A stretch of 64,000 nucleotides of DNA from Candidatus Hadarchaeota archaeon (GTDB lineage Archaea; CAYQAE01; CAYVLA01), in assembly GCA_964621445.1 (NCBI GenBank), contig CAZUNO010000004.1:32001-96000 (forward strand), given 5' to 3'. A program made the translations under genes and the position numbers. Positions 1-10,539 of the stretch are shown piece after piece. The notes under the pieces were generated by a model. The model was not told the DNA's origin. It ran no database searches and saw only the letters and a program-made list of their open reading frames with translations. The first letter of the stretch is position 1. The number at the start of each line of letters is the position of its first letter.

Positions 1-78
1 GACATATAGCAGCGCTCACCAACGAGTACCGAGAGCTGCAACCAATCGAGTTCTACTCCCATATCTGAGGACGGTTAA

Positions 79-339
79 GTGAAGATCATCGTACAGGTCA
101 GCAGGATGGACAGGGAGACACAGGAGGGTGTTACTAGATTTGGGGAGCTCGCTTTCGAAAACCACAAACATCACCGATACGTGTTGGAGGTAAGGGAGTG
201 TGAACCCTCCAAGAGGCGTTACCACCTGGAAACTGCATGCGAGAGGTTGATGACCCTCCCCTATGTTGAACGCGTCATTGTACCGGGCTACAGAACATTA
301 CACGTTGAGAGATGGGACTCGAAGTTCCGCAGGACATAG
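79..339 (+). CDS. small hypothetical protein (86 aa)
   Basis: GTG-start ORF filling the space before the GHL10 gene, same strand; no recognisable motif. Confidence 0.5.
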   Translation: MKIIVQVSRMDRETQEGVTRFGELAFENHKHHRYVLEVRECEPSKRRYHLETACERLMTLPYVERVIVPGYRTLHVERWDSKFRRT

Positions 340-370
340 CCTATTTATTTAACCCTACAAGGGGCGTAGC

Positions 371-1297
371 ATGGACGAAGTAAGAGGGCTATGGATACAC
401 GATTCCACCTGTAGGGCCCTGGGCGGGGCCGAGGTGGCTAGATTATGTAGCCAGTTTGGAATGGACATCCTCCTGCCAAAGGCCCCCTGGATGACGGGTT
501 CGAGGGCCGATCCGGATTACTGGGAAGGGGTAATGGAACCCATGATAGAAGAGGCGCACGACCTTGGCATGGAGGTCCATGCCTGGATCTTCTTTCTTAA
601 CGATGCCAGCGTGGATGATGACCAGTCTCTACTGCAGGTTATGGAGGACGGGAAGACCGAGAAAATCGCCTGCGCCGCCAATCCGGAGACGGTTCGTAGA
701 AATATCGAGAAGATAGGCCCAATACTGGAGTCCTATGATCTGGATGGCCTGAGCCTGGAGGACTGCTTCGTGTACCACCGTTGGCCCAAGGACCCCATGA
801 CCTGTTTCTGTAGTTTCTGCCAGGAAAATGCGCCTCAAGGCAAGGCCGAGAGGCTGGCCTGGAACAGGAATCAGCTGACCGAACTATTAAGACGGATTAT
901 GGAGGAAAGCCGAATCTACTCAGCGGACATACAGATATCGGCAGCGGCAAGGGTACCATACGAGACCCACGGGCTACCCATGTCCACCGACTGGAAGAGA
1001 TGGTGTGAGCTGGGCCTACTGGATTACATCGCTCCCATGATCTATAAGACCGATAATAAGGAACTGGAAGAGGTGGGCCGGGAAACACTGGAGATCTTGG
1101 AGCATACCGAGGTGCCCGTGTATATGGGTCTGGGGGCCTACAAGATAGACAGGGAGCTTAAGGGCCACGATCTACCCCAGCAGCTAGGCCAACAGATAGA
1201 GATAACCCGAGATCTGGGTGCAGATGGCCATATACTCTATCATTTTGGTGGATTGACCGTCGATCAGCTGGCACAGATCCGTGAAGCCTACGCTTGA
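371..1297 (+). CDS. glycosyl hydrolase-like 10 (GHL10/DUF187) TIM-barrel protein
   Basis: Motifs AHDLGMEVHAW, YDLDGLSLED, DWKRWCELGLLDYIAPMIY, GADGHILYH; no signal peptide. Confidence 0.8.
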   Translation: MDEVRGLWIHDSTCRALGGAEVARLCSQFGMDILLPKAPWMTGSRADPDYWEGVMEPMIEEAHDLGMEVHAWIFFLNDASVDDDQSLLQVMEDGKTEKIACAANPETVRRNIEKIGPILESYDLDGLSLEDCFVYHRWPKDPMTCFCSFCQENAPQGKAERLAWNRNQLTELLRRIMEESRIYSADIQISAAARVPYETHGLPMSTDWKRWCELGLLDYIAPMIYKTDNKELEEVGRETLEILEHTEVPVYMGLGAYKIDRELKGHDLPQQLGQQIEITRDLGADGHILYHFGGLTVDQLAQIREAYA

Positions 1298-1356
1298 ACG
1301 GTCATAGCCAGGTGACACTTTTAACCGCGGTCTAGGGCTCACTATGGAGTGAGAAA

Positions 1357-2664
1357 ATGCCCCAGGAAAGGCCCAATATACTGTATATCCATTCCCACGA
1401 CACTGGACGCTACCTGCAGCCCTACGGATACGCAATTCCATCGCCAAATATCCAGAGCCTGGCCGAGGAGGGAGTTCTATTCAGGAACGCCTTCTGCGGT
1501 GGACCCACCTGTTCACCGAGCCGGGCCTGCCTAGTGACCGGCCAGTGCGCTCATAGCAATGGCATGTTGGGCTTGGCTCACCGAGGTTTTAGCCTATACG
1601 ACTATGGAAAGCACATCATACACACTCTTTCGGAGGCGGGCTACAGCTCGACCCTGGCCGGGATCCAGCATATAGCCAAGGGTGCCGATGTTATAGGGTA
1701 CGACAAGATACTGAAAACCAAAGGAAACAATGTGAAGGGTGTGGCTCCCTTCGCGGTTGATTTCCTACAGGATAGTGCTGAGCAGCCCTTCTTCCTCTCG
1801 GTTGGCTTTTCTGACACCCATAGGACCTACGCGGAACCGGGGCCAGATGAGAATGAGCGGTACACGATGCCTCCCCATCCAATCCCGGATACCCCTGAGA
1901 CCAGGCGCGACATGGCGGGGTTCAAGGCCAGCGTTAGAGAATTTGACCGCGGAGTCGGAATGGTGATGGATGCCCTGGATGAGATGGGGGCCATCGAGGA
2001 TACCCTGGTGATATGTACCACCGATCACGGAATAGCCTTTCCGCATATGAAGTGCAACCTGACGGACCACGGCATAGGCGTGATGCTCATAATGAAGGGA
2101 CCGGGGGGGTTCTCCGCAGGTAAGGTGTCCGATGCCCTTGTATCCCAGATCGATATCTATCCAACCATTTGTGATCATCTGGGCATAGAAGAACCAGATT
2201 GGCTGGAAGGAAGCTCGATGATGCCCTTGATCCGGGGGGAGAGGGACGAAATACGTAAACAGGTATTCTCGGAGGTTACATACCATGCCGCCTACGAGCC
2301 CCAGAGGGCGGTTAGGACCCGACGCTGGAAGTACATCAGGCGGTACGGGGATAGGGAGACGCCCGTACTTCCCAACTGTGACGAGAGTCGGTCCAAGGAT
2401 ATATGGCTCGATAACGGATGGAAGGATAGGAAAATACCCAAGGAACAGCTATTCGACCTGGTTTTCGACCCCAACGAGGCAAACAACCTGGCCGATGACC
2501 CATCCTTCCAACATGTTCTGGAGGATATGAGAGATAGACTGGACCGGTGGATGAAGGATACCGATGACCCTCTGCTAGAAGGTCACGTGCCAGCTCCCAA
2601 GGGAGCAGTGGTCACCGATGCGGATGCCATGACTCCCCATGGCCCTCACAAAACCATATCCTGA
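1357..2664 (+). CDS. sulfatase (N-sulfoglucosamine sulfohydrolase-like)
   Basis: PNILYIHSHD, formylglycine motif CSPSRA-LVTG, TTDHG, EQLFDLVFDPNE. Confidence 0.92.
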   Translation: MPQERPNILYIHSHDTGRYLQPYGYAIPSPNIQSLAEEGVLFRNAFCGGPTCSPSRACLVTGQCAHSNGMLGLAHRGFSLYDYGKHIIHTLSEAGYSSTLAGIQHIAKGADVIGYDKILKTKGNNVKGVAPFAVDFLQDSAEQPFFLSVGFSDTHRTYAEPGPDENERYTMPPHPIPDTPETRRDMAGFKASVREFDRGVGMVMDALDEMGAIEDTLVICTTDHGIAFPHMKCNLTDHGIGVMLIMKGPGGFSAGKVSDALVSQIDIYPTICDHLGIEEPDWLEGSSMMPLIRGERDEIRKQVFSEVTYHAAYEPQRAVRTRRWKYIRRYGDRETPVLPNCDESRSKDIWLDNGWKDRKIPKEQLFDLVFDPNEANNLADDPSFQHVLEDMRDRLDRWMKDTDDPLLEGHVPAPKGAVVTDADAMTPHGPHKTIS

Positions 2665-3185
2665 ATAGCCGATTCATGACCTGAAGATCTGAATATCAAT
2701 TATGCAAACCCGGGATCTGCTAAATGTGAATCCTTGATCTGCATATCTAATAATTTGGAGACTCCAACAGTTACGGTTGGGTGGATATCCCTGAGAGATA
2801 TTGATATGTTTGGGGTTTTGATGATGGTCCTTGTCCTTATGGTGCTTATACGAATATTGATTCAGGAACTATGAATATCAAGTCAGTGAATAAGCTCAGC
2901 AACTTTCCCTTCGCACCTGCACGTCAACGAGACGCACCCCCTATTTCCCCGGGAACATGGGGTCCTCATGAGCCGGACTCGGTGGCCGGTGCAAACAGCC
3001 AGCGGTGATAACTATGCGTTTAACTATCTGATCGGGCCGTGATGTGTCACCTATTCTGGCATGGGCCGTATTCTCATATATGCCTCCGGATAGATTTGAA
3101 AAGGAGTAGAAACCCTCGGTTATCTCCTCCATACCCTCTCTCAGGTCCCTCAGGACCGGTCCGGGGTCCGATTCCCCGAGACCCA

Positions 3186-4121
3186 TCACTCCCATTTTTC
3201 CAGGAACTCGTTAACCTTGTCCAGGGTGGGGAAGGACCTGTCCTTCCTTTGTACGTGTACCTCGGCGGTGGCCACGGCGAAATCCGCCACCCTCTGCAAA
3301 TCCCAGCCCTGCTTGAGTGCGTAGACAAATGCCGCGTTGAATACATCGCCGGTTCCCGTGGGGTTCCGAACCTTGACATCATGGGGATCTGCGTGGTAGG
3401 TTTCCTTACCGGTGACCACCGCTGACCCTGATTTGCCGAGGTGTAGGGCTACCATCTTTGGCCCCTTGTCGAGAAGAATTCTCGCGCCCAGAATAGGATC
3501 CGGCTTTCCGGTGAGCTTTTCGACCTCGTCACGGTTTACGAAGAAAACGTCGGTATACTCCAGTGGAAGGAAGACGGATTGCACGCGTTCATCGCTCCAT
3601 CCCTGGTAGTCCCATCCGATGTCCAGTGATGTCTGGGCCCCGTATGAGCGGGCCCTTTTCAGAACCTCCGCGGTTGGCTCCCCTACCATGTGGTCTGCCC
3701 ACCAGTAACCCGAACGGTGGACGTGTTTAACCCCCCGGAGCAGCGGAAGATCCAGGTGTTTCAGTTGCAGTTCCCGGTTCGAACCCAGAGTTGCCAGGTA
3801 GGAGCGTCTACCATCCTCAAAGGCAATGGCCAGGGTTATGCCGCAGGTCGTATTCTCCTTCCTTTCCACGCACACCTCGACACCAAGGTCCTTCATCTGT
3901 TCAGTAAGCCAATCGCTCATGGCGTCGTCCCCGAGGAGACCCATGAACCTGGTGGACAGGCCCAGGGTGGCGGTGGCGGCAGCGAAGTTGGCTGCGCATC
4001 CTCCAACCATCATCACATAATAGTCGATTATGGTGGAGGCCTCCTTTCTCGGAAAGTCGGGTAGAGGCTGGGAGATTAGGTCTATATTCAGATCTCCGAC
4101 GCTGGCAACATCCATTTCCAT
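3186..4121 (-). CDS. PfkB/ribokinase family carbohydrate kinase
   Basis: VGDLNID, GGCAANFA, GLLGDD, NPTGTGDVFNAAF; ATG at 4121 follows a GGTG SD-like site (ORF extends to 4193). Confidence 0.9.
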   Translation of the reverse strand: MEMDVASVGDLNIDLISQPLPDFPRKEASTIIDYYVMMVGGCAANFAAATATLGLSTRFMGLLGDDAMSDWLTEQMKDLGVEVCVERKENTTCGITLAIAFEDGRRSYLATLGSNRELQLKHLDLPLLRGVKHVHRSGYWWADHMVGEPTAEVLKRARSYGAQTSLDIGWDYQGWSDERVQSVFLPLEYTDVFFVNRDEVEKLTGKPDPILGARILLDKGPKMVALHLGKSGSAVVTGKETYHADPHDVKVRNPTGTGDVFNAAFVYALKQGWDLQRVADFAVATAEVHVQRKDRSFPTLDKVNEFLEKWE

Positions 4122-4238
4122 CACCCTGGTGAGTGAGGGGGCCTCTAAAAAGATTTGATGGTTTTCCCGGTTTACATAACCTGGATATGGCAAGCTGAAA
4201 ACATATTATAGACCATTTGAAGCACCTCTTGACCGAGG

Positions 4239-5000
4239 ATGCAAGTAATGCCATTGGGCATAAGTTCATGGAGCTTCCACAGGGACATTGGAGCCGGAGA
4301 ACTCAAGATACTGGATTTCCCGTATAAGGCAAAATCCCTGGGATTCAGCGATATCGAGGTCGTTACAAGTCACCTGGACCAGAACGCGGAGATCTTAAAG
4401 GAAAGGTGCCAGGATGCCGGGGTGGAATGGAATTGTGTATCCGCCGAGAATAATTTCGCTCTGCCCAAGGAAGACATCAGAAAAAAGCAGGTGGACCAGG
4501 TCAAGAAGGTGGTTGACATGGCGGTCAAGGTTGAGGTGCCCATCGTGCGGACCTTTTTCGGCCATGTCTCGGGAGAACCCCCGGTGGGGATGAAATACCT
4601 AACCATGGAGTGCGTCAAGGAGGTTGCTAACTATGCCGCCGAGCGGGACGTGATCATTGCCATGGAGAATCACGGGAACTACTGTAACAGCGCCTCGGAG
4701 ATCATCGAGATGATAGAAACCATTGGCAGCGAATATGTCCGCGCCTGCCCGGATACGGGCAACTTCAGGGGAGATGTCTACGATGAGCTAGAGCGGCTGG
4801 CTCCCCTGGCCGCACACATCCATGCCAAGACCTATGAATTCGATGAGGATGGAGAGGAAACCTCCCTTAACTATGAACGTATATTCAGAATTATGAAGGA
4901 TGCGGGTTTTGATGGTACCTACTCCCTGGAATACGAAGGGGAGGGGGATGAACTGGAGAACGTGAAGAAGAGCCTGGCCCTGTTCAAGCGTTACGTATAG
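4239..5000 (+). CDS. sugar phosphate isomerase/epimerase (xylose isomerase-like TIM barrel)
   Basis: AMENHG, CPDTGNF, HIHAK, YSLEYEG metal-binding motifs. Confidence 0.88.
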   Translation: MQVMPLGISSWSFHRDIGAGELKILDFPYKAKSLGFSDIEVVTSHLDQNAEILKERCQDAGVEWNCVSAENNFALPKEDIRKKQVDQVKKVVDMAVKVEVPIVRTFFGHVSGEPPVGMKYLTMECVKEVANYAAERDVIIAMENHGNYCNSASEIIEMIETIGSEYVRACPDTGNFRGDVYDELERLAPLAAHIHAKTYEFDEDGEETSLNYERIFRIMKDAGFDGTYSLEYEGEGDELENVKKSLALFKRYV

Positions 5001-5039
5001 GACCTAAGTATAAGTCACCGGGTTGGAGAATAGCTTATA

Positions 5040-8000
5040 TTGGAACGGTGGCCAGGGGTAGAGATACAGGAGAAAGTTGGCTTGTTCGGTACCGCCGCCT
5101 TGGTCAGGAGAGTTGAGAGGAGGGTCGGTTCCAATGGACCCTATGCCCGGCTCACCGTAGAGCTGGAGGGGGGAGATGCAAGGAGGGTCTTCTTCGCCCC
5201 TACTGAGGATGCCGAGGAGGATGTACCCTGTCTTTACGAGTTCGTAGAGCGGGGGATAGTAAGGGATGGTACCAGACTTCTTTTCCATTATCCGCCTGAT
5301 GATAATCAGTGGTATCGATGGAGGGGGTATAGAGACAGATACGGCTTCTGGAGGAGGGGTCCTAGCGTCACCGTAAACGTCGATAGGCTGGTTCCCGTGT
5401 ACGCCTCGGTTCCCTTCTGCCGACTAAAGGAATTCATAACCGGTCGCCTTGGCGTACGCGAGGAGAGGACCGAGAGAAGCGCCATGGGGATTGCCAGGCA
5501 CCGTATTCTTCAGCGACACTGGAAGCTCCTCTGGGACCATCTCTCGTCCGGTGAGGGGCCTGAACGTTCCTTGGCAGAAGCCAGGGAGGGAACCGAGGAT
5601 TTCATCGAGGTACTTGCAAATCAGCTAGACATGTCTGACCTCTGGGAGCAGGTCTCTTCAACCCTGTCCACCTGCGAAGAGATATCGGATGAGATCATGG
5701 AGTGGACGGGGGAGGATGGTTATTTCTGTTCGGAGTACCGGGTTCTCAGCAACCGGCTGGGATTTATCGGCAGGGCGGATTTTATCGGGGTGAGAAGAAA
5801 AGGGGGTAGCAAAGGGAGGATCATCGAATACAAGATAACCGATAATATGGCAAATTATGAGTCCAGCAGGTCATGGGGATCGGTGCGAGCGCTGCTACAG
5901 GCGGCGACATATTCCAGAATGTTGGAGGAGTCCGCCAAGCTGCCACAGGTTGATGCCGAGGTATGGGTCTTCGATAAATGGAGTGGAAAGCGCTCTTACA
6001 CCCACCCCTGCCAGGAGGATGATCTTGAGAACATGCTCAAGAGGGCCCTCTGGGCCAGGGATGAATACCTTTTCTCCGTAAGCTCTCCCACTCCTCCTCT
6101 ATCCGAATATGGAAAGGGAAAATGCAGGTCGTGTTCCTTCAAGAGGATATGCAAGGGATTGGCCAGCTACCAGCCCGATCCCTTCTTCACCGAGGTAAGA
6201 AGAGGCCTCGACCTGGAATCTGAGGCCAATTCAAGGGTATGGAGACCCATGGAAGAGGGATCGGACCATGCCCTGGTGATCCCAGGCAGGAATATCCGTA
6301 AATATGGTGGCGACTCACTCGAATTATCAGTACCAGAGGATAAACAGAGAGTGGTCCCCTCCTCTGGTTCCTTCATCAGAATATCCCCCGTGGACTCCAC
6401 TCATGGCTGGAGTTACGGGGTGGTGGAGGAATTGGATGGAGATGTGTTGGAGATAAAACTAAAGGACCCCCTAACCCCCCCTATACTCACCGAAAACAGG
6501 ATTCGCCTTGACTTCTCGGTTCCCTTTGACTTCTCCAAGAGGGCCAAGATGGCCATCACCTCTGTTGAGGCGCCGGAGATCGTCAGCGATGATCCCGAGG
6601 TAATCGATAACCTGAAGCAGCTGCGGGATGCGGTTAGCTGTGCCTCGTCCATGGATATGGAGGAGATCGAGGGTGGTTTCGGGGATCTTAACGATTCCCA
6701 GCGTGAAGCGGCAGGAAGGATGATGGAGTCCAAGCTGACGGTGATTCACGGACCTTTCGGATCGGGAAAAACAACGGTGATTGCCAGGGCCTGCCTGGAG
6801 ATAGCCAGGAAGGGGGGCAAGGTACTGGTTACCAGCTATACCAATAATGCCGTCGATAACGCCATGTCCATGATACGGGACTTTTCCTCCCGGAAAAGGG
6901 AGAAGATTTCCCAGGTGAGAGTGGGAGCAAAGGAAAGGACGGAGGAGGGTGAGGGTATCCGGGTTGTGGATACCCGGGATTTTGACGGGCAGGATATCCG
7001 GGCCCTGCGTGAGGCCCATGTAGTTGGCTCAACTCTCATCTCGTGCATGAGCGACGTCTTCCGGGAGGCCTACATGGACAGCGAGGGATATGTAAAGCTT
7101 CGCCAGCTGCCCTTTGATGTATGTGTTGTGGACGAGGCATCCCAATGTATCCTTCCATATGCCCTCATCCCCTGTCTCCTATCCAGGAGATGGGTACTGG
7201 TGGGCGATCATAAACAACTGGAGCCCCTGATTCTGGACCCCCAGGCCGGGAGGGCCCTGACCAGTTGGTTTGATATGGCGGTCCAGGACCTCGAGGAGAG
7301 CGGAGAAGTGGTAATGCTCGATATTCAGTATAGATGTCCACACGAGGTTGGCTCCTATCTCTCAAGCCAATTCTACGGATCCAGGCTCAGGAATGATGGC
7401 ACCCCTGAGGGGCATGACCACCAACCATTGGATATAGATATGGAGTCGTGGGCAGGGAAAATGAGCTCCGAACTCGGGCGAGGAGGATCGGAGGCCAGTG
7501 TATCCAAGGTCGATTTATCCAAGATACTGGATCCTAGCAATCACCTCATCTTTATTGATACCGCCGGAAGGAGTCCGGAAACGGGCAGGAGGAGCAAGAG
7601 CAACGCGGGCGAGGCGACCATTTGCTCCCACCTGCTGGAGATCTTCAGCCAGGTGACCGATGATCTGCTTTTCCTATCGCCCTATCAGGCACAGAACTCC
7701 ATGGTCCGTCGCATGGTGGGCGAGGGGATTAGGATGGGAACCGTGGATAGCTACCAGGGAAGACAGGCCGATGTGGTCATTCTAAGCCTGGTAAGGAGCA
7801 ATCGAAAGGGTATTCTGGGTTTTCTGAGGAACGTAAGAAGGCTCAACGTGGCCATGTCCAGGTGCAAGAAGAAGTTGATAGTGGTCTCTGACTCAACTAC
7901 CATAAAGATGAACCGGGCGGATCTAAAGGCCAGAGAGGCACTTATGGAATACATCCGTACCTCAAAGGATCTCGATACCTACGTCTCTTTGGCCCCAGAA

Positions 8001-8075
8001 GATGGCGAGGTACGTACCAGGACAAAGAGGAGGGAACTCCGGCCCAAGCGTTCCCTTCGGAGAAAAAGTCCCTGA
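5040..8075 (+). CDS. Dna2-like PD-(D/E)XK nuclease fused to SF1 (Upf1/Nam7-like) helicase
   Basis: Nuclease SE..GRAD..IIEYK and QAATY; Fe-S Cys pattern PFC ... CRSCSFKRIC; helicase HGPFGSGKTT, TNNAVDN, DEASQ, GDHKQLEP, QYR, TVDSYQG, RRLNVAMSR. Confidence 0.88.
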   Translation: MERWPGVEIQEKVGLFGTAALVRRVERRVGSNGPYARLTVELEGGDARRVFFAPTEDAEEDVPCLYEFVERGIVRDGTRLLFHYPPDDNQWYRWRGYRDRYGFWRRGPSVTVNVDRLVPVYASVPFCRLKEFITGRLGVREERTERSAMGIARHRILQRHWKLLWDHLSSGEGPERSLAEAREGTEDFIEVLANQLDMSDLWEQVSSTLSTCEEISDEIMEWTGEDGYFCSEYRVLSNRLGFIGRADFIGVRRKGGSKGRIIEYKITDNMANYESSRSWGSVRALLQAATYSRMLEESAKLPQVDAEVWVFDKWSGKRSYTHPCQEDDLENMLKRALWARDEYLFSVSSPTPPLSEYGKGKCRSCSFKRICKGLASYQPDPFFTEVRRGLDLESEANSRVWRPMEEGSDHALVIPGRNIRKYGGDSLELSVPEDKQRVVPSSGSFIRISPVDSTHGWSYGVVEELDGDVLEIKLKDPLTPPILTENRIRLDFSVPFDFSKRAKMAITSVEAPEIVSDDPEVIDNLKQLRDAVSCASSMDMEEIEGGFGDLNDSQREAAGRMMESKLTVIHGPFGSGKTTVIARACLEIARKGGKVLVTSYTNNAVDNAMSMIRDFSSRKREKISQVRVGAKERTEEGEGIRVVDTRDFDGQDIRALREAHVVGSTLISCMSDVFREAYMDSEGYVKLRQLPFDVCVVDEASQCILPYALIPCLLSRRWVLVGDHKQLEPLILDPQAGRALTSWFDMAVQDLEESGEVVMLDIQYRCPHEVGSYLSSQFYGSRLRNDGTPEGHDHQPLDIDMESWAGKMSSELGRGGSEASVSKVDLSKILDPSNHLIFIDTAGRSPETGRRSKSNAGEATICSHLLEIFSQVTDDLLFLSPYQAQNSMVRRMVGEGIRMGTVDSYQGRQADVVILSLVRSNRKGILGFLRNVRRLNVAMSRCKKKLIVVSDSTTIKMNRADLKAREALMEYIRTSKDLDTYVSLAPEDGEVRTRTKRRELRPKRSLRRKSP

Positions 8076-8126
8076 AAGGCAAAGATTATTGAAAGGCCTC
8101 CCATGCAGTAAAGGAAAGGTGACCGT

Positions 8127-9344
8127 ATGGATAGGTATCTATCTTCCCTGATCACGGGTCCAAATGGACTTAAGCCGGACCCAATTAGGAGTTTTGTTAG
8201 ACGTGCTAACCAGTTGGAAGAGGAAACCGGTGAACCCATCACCAGGCTAAACATCGGACAGCCCGATCTCCCGCCCAGAAGGGTTCTAGAGGACTACCAG
8301 AGGGGCCTGAACCGGGAAGAGGTGGTGAACTCCAGCGGATATCCACCGGCAGAGGGCCTGCCTGACCTCAGGGCTGCCATAGCATCGATGGAGAGGAAAG
8401 TATTCCAGGTCTCGGCTGATGATTCCAGGATCTACGTAACCCTGGGTGGTTGCGGGGCTCTGAAATTCGTGTTCAAGGCCCTGGGAGGTAGATCCGGAAA
8501 GGAGAAGAACCTGATAGCCATGGCCCCCGGATGGGGGGTAATCTCCAATTTCGCCTGGGAATACGAGATTAAGGCGAACTTTGTCAATCTACAGACCGCT
8601 GACGGAAGCTTCAAGGCTGACAGGGCTCAGGAGATGGTGGACGGGGACACGGTGGCCATTTATGTTAACTCACCCAACAACCCCACGGGAAGCATCCTGT
8701 CTAGGAAAACGGTAAGGGATATCCTATCCTTCGCCAGGGATAACGATCTTTGGGTGATTTCCGATGAGGCCTATCAACACCTGATCCACGCCGGAACCCA
8801 GGAACACGCGTCATTCGCCTCCTTCGACGATTACTCTGACATGGTCTTCAAATGCACCTCCTTCTCCAAAATACTGAAACCAAATATCAGGCTGGGCGCA
8901 TTGGTGCTGCCCGAGGGCATACTGGATGACCTGAAGGACGAGTTCTACACCGCTCTTAGAAACGAGGGAGCCGGCGTACCTGCCGAATGTCAATCGGGAG
9001 CACTTGAGGTTCTGAAATCCGATCCTTCCCTGGCCTATATGGATGAGGTAAATGAGAGGTATAGGGAAAAGGTTGCGGCAGCTAAGGAGATACTTGAGGA
9101 TGCCGGCTGCAGCTTCAGGTCCTACAACGATCCCCAGGCCAGCTTCTATCTCTTCCCATATGTGCCCTACAAGGACTCCCGTGAGCTCGCAAATACCCTT
9201 CTGGAGGACGGGGTGAGCGTGGTTCCCGGGACCAGCTTCTACAGGGATTCCCATATGCGGGTAGCAATAGGAAATAATATGTCCGTATCCCAGGTCCGGG
9301 AAAGGATAGGAAAGGTGGCCTCTACCCTGGAGAGAGTTCTGTAA
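8127..9344 (+). CDS. PLP-dependent aminotransferase class I/II
   Basis: LNIGQPD, NSPNNPTG, SDEAY, SFSK (PLP lysine), RLG. Confidence 0.9.
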   Translation: MDRYLSSLITGPNGLKPDPIRSFVRRANQLEEETGEPITRLNIGQPDLPPRRVLEDYQRGLNREEVVNSSGYPPAEGLPDLRAAIASMERKVFQVSADDSRIYVTLGGCGALKFVFKALGGRSGKEKNLIAMAPGWGVISNFAWEYEIKANFVNLQTADGSFKADRAQEMVDGDTVAIYVNSPNNPTGSILSRKTVRDILSFARDNDLWVISDEAYQHLIHAGTQEHASFASFDDYSDMVFKCTSFSKILKPNIRLGALVLPEGILDDLKDEFYTALRNEGAGVPAECQSGALEVLKSDPSLAYMDEVNERYREKVAAAKEILEDAGCSFRSYNDPQASFYLFPYVPYKDSRELANTLLEDGVSVVPGTSFYRDSHMRVAIGNNMSVSQVRERIGKVASTLERVL

Positions 9345-10512
9345 GAATATCCCCTATCCTGTGCACGGGTGCGTCGCTCTTAATTCCAGTTGGGCAAAAG
9401 TGGGTGTGAGTGACCTCGAACCCCTCCTTCCTCAGTCTGTCAATTACACCTTGGGTAGGGGGAACCGGAATGCCTTCCCTGCTCGAAAGGTCATGCAGAT
9501 CGTAAAAGGAGAAGAATTCGGCCTCCTCCAGGACCTGACTCAGTATATTATGGGATTCGGGTGATGTGCTGGAGTCAATCAAACGGAGGGCTCGCTTAAC
9601 GAATCTGGGGTCCTTGAGAGGACCGGTCCACAGGGGTCCGAAGGGCTCCATTTTCCTTCCACAGCATTTCCGGTAATGGGGGAGGAACCCCTCCTCGGCC
9701 TGGCGGGAGCCACACTCCCTGCAGTGAAACCCCCATCCCAGGCGCTGGAGGGCAAGGTCAGCCGAACTCTTAGATCCTCTTATCTCAAAATAGATCCTGT
9801 AGTAGTGAGCAGTCGCGTGTGAAAGTATGGGGATGGCGGCCTTTTCCATGGATGCGGCGCGCCTAACCGTGTAACCTGCAAGTATACGGATGCCGTTTTC
9901 GTGTTTATAGGAGGTTTTCAGGGGATGACACCCGTACCTTCTGCGACAGGTCCTGGGATATCTCCCGCAAAGAGTGGCCGTATCTGTGGCCGTTATGCAG
10001 AGCATTGAACGGTGTTTGGCAGAGCGGATTGAGGGGTCCAGAAACTGGGAGGGCGATCCGAAGGGGTCGACGTCCAGGATATCAAAGGTGTGTTTATTAC
10101 GGGCTAGGAATACCCGGGCCCCTTCTCTAGTTATGAATACCTTCTTTTTGCCGACCTTGCAGGTGGTCTTTCGATCCCCATGATCTAGATCCCGGATGTC
10201 GAAGTTCCGTTCAAGGTTTCCGAGAATGACCTCGTACGCGGTCTTCCTGATGTCATTCATGTATACCTCGTCAACCTCATCGAGTCCCAGGTACCTAAGT
10301 CCCCGTATACCGGTGGCTGCCAGGAAATCGCATGCGTTTAGAATTCTGCCCTGCCTTTCGGAGAACGCCCGGGCGGCGACGGTGGCGATGTCCCTGTTGC
10401 TGGACATTGCGGGGTTGTAGAAGGCCGGCATATCGGAGGTAACCTGTCCCGAACTGGAGGGAACGGTGATATGTATACCACCTTCGCTAAAGCTGGAGGA
10501 ATTCTGGGACAT
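9322..10512 (-). CDS. trm1: tRNA (guanine-26-N2)-dimethyltransferase Trm1
   Basis: FYNPAMSSNRD, AATGIRGLRY, DVDPFGSP, TATD, HYYR, GPLWTG, THFCPTGIKSDA. Confidence 0.93.
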   Translation of the reverse strand: MSQNSSSFSEGGIHITVPSSSGQVTSDMPAFYNPAMSSNRDIATVAARAFSERQGRILNACDFLAATGIRGLRYLGLDEVDEVYMNDIRKTAYEVILGNLERNFDIRDLDHGDRKTTCKVGKKKVFITREGARVFLARNKHTFDILDVDPFGSPSQFLDPSIRSAKHRSMLCITATDTATLCGRYPRTCRRRYGCHPLKTSYKHENGIRILAGYTVRRAASMEKAAIPILSHATAHYYRIYFEIRGSKSSADLALQRLGWGFHCRECGSRQAEEGFLPHYRKCCGRKMEPFGPLWTGPLKDPRFVKRALRLIDSSTSPESHNILSQVLEEAEFFSFYDLHDLSSREGIPVPPTQGVIDRLRKEGFEVTHTHFCPTGIKSDAPVHRIGDILTELSPG

Positions 10513-10539
10513 GGGAGCCTCCGTTATGATGTTTAGGAC

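Noticed and set aside
5400-6160. Cas4-like nuclease as evidence of a CRISPR system
   Set aside because: It is the N-terminal domain of a Dna2-like fusion; no cas1/cas2 or array in the window
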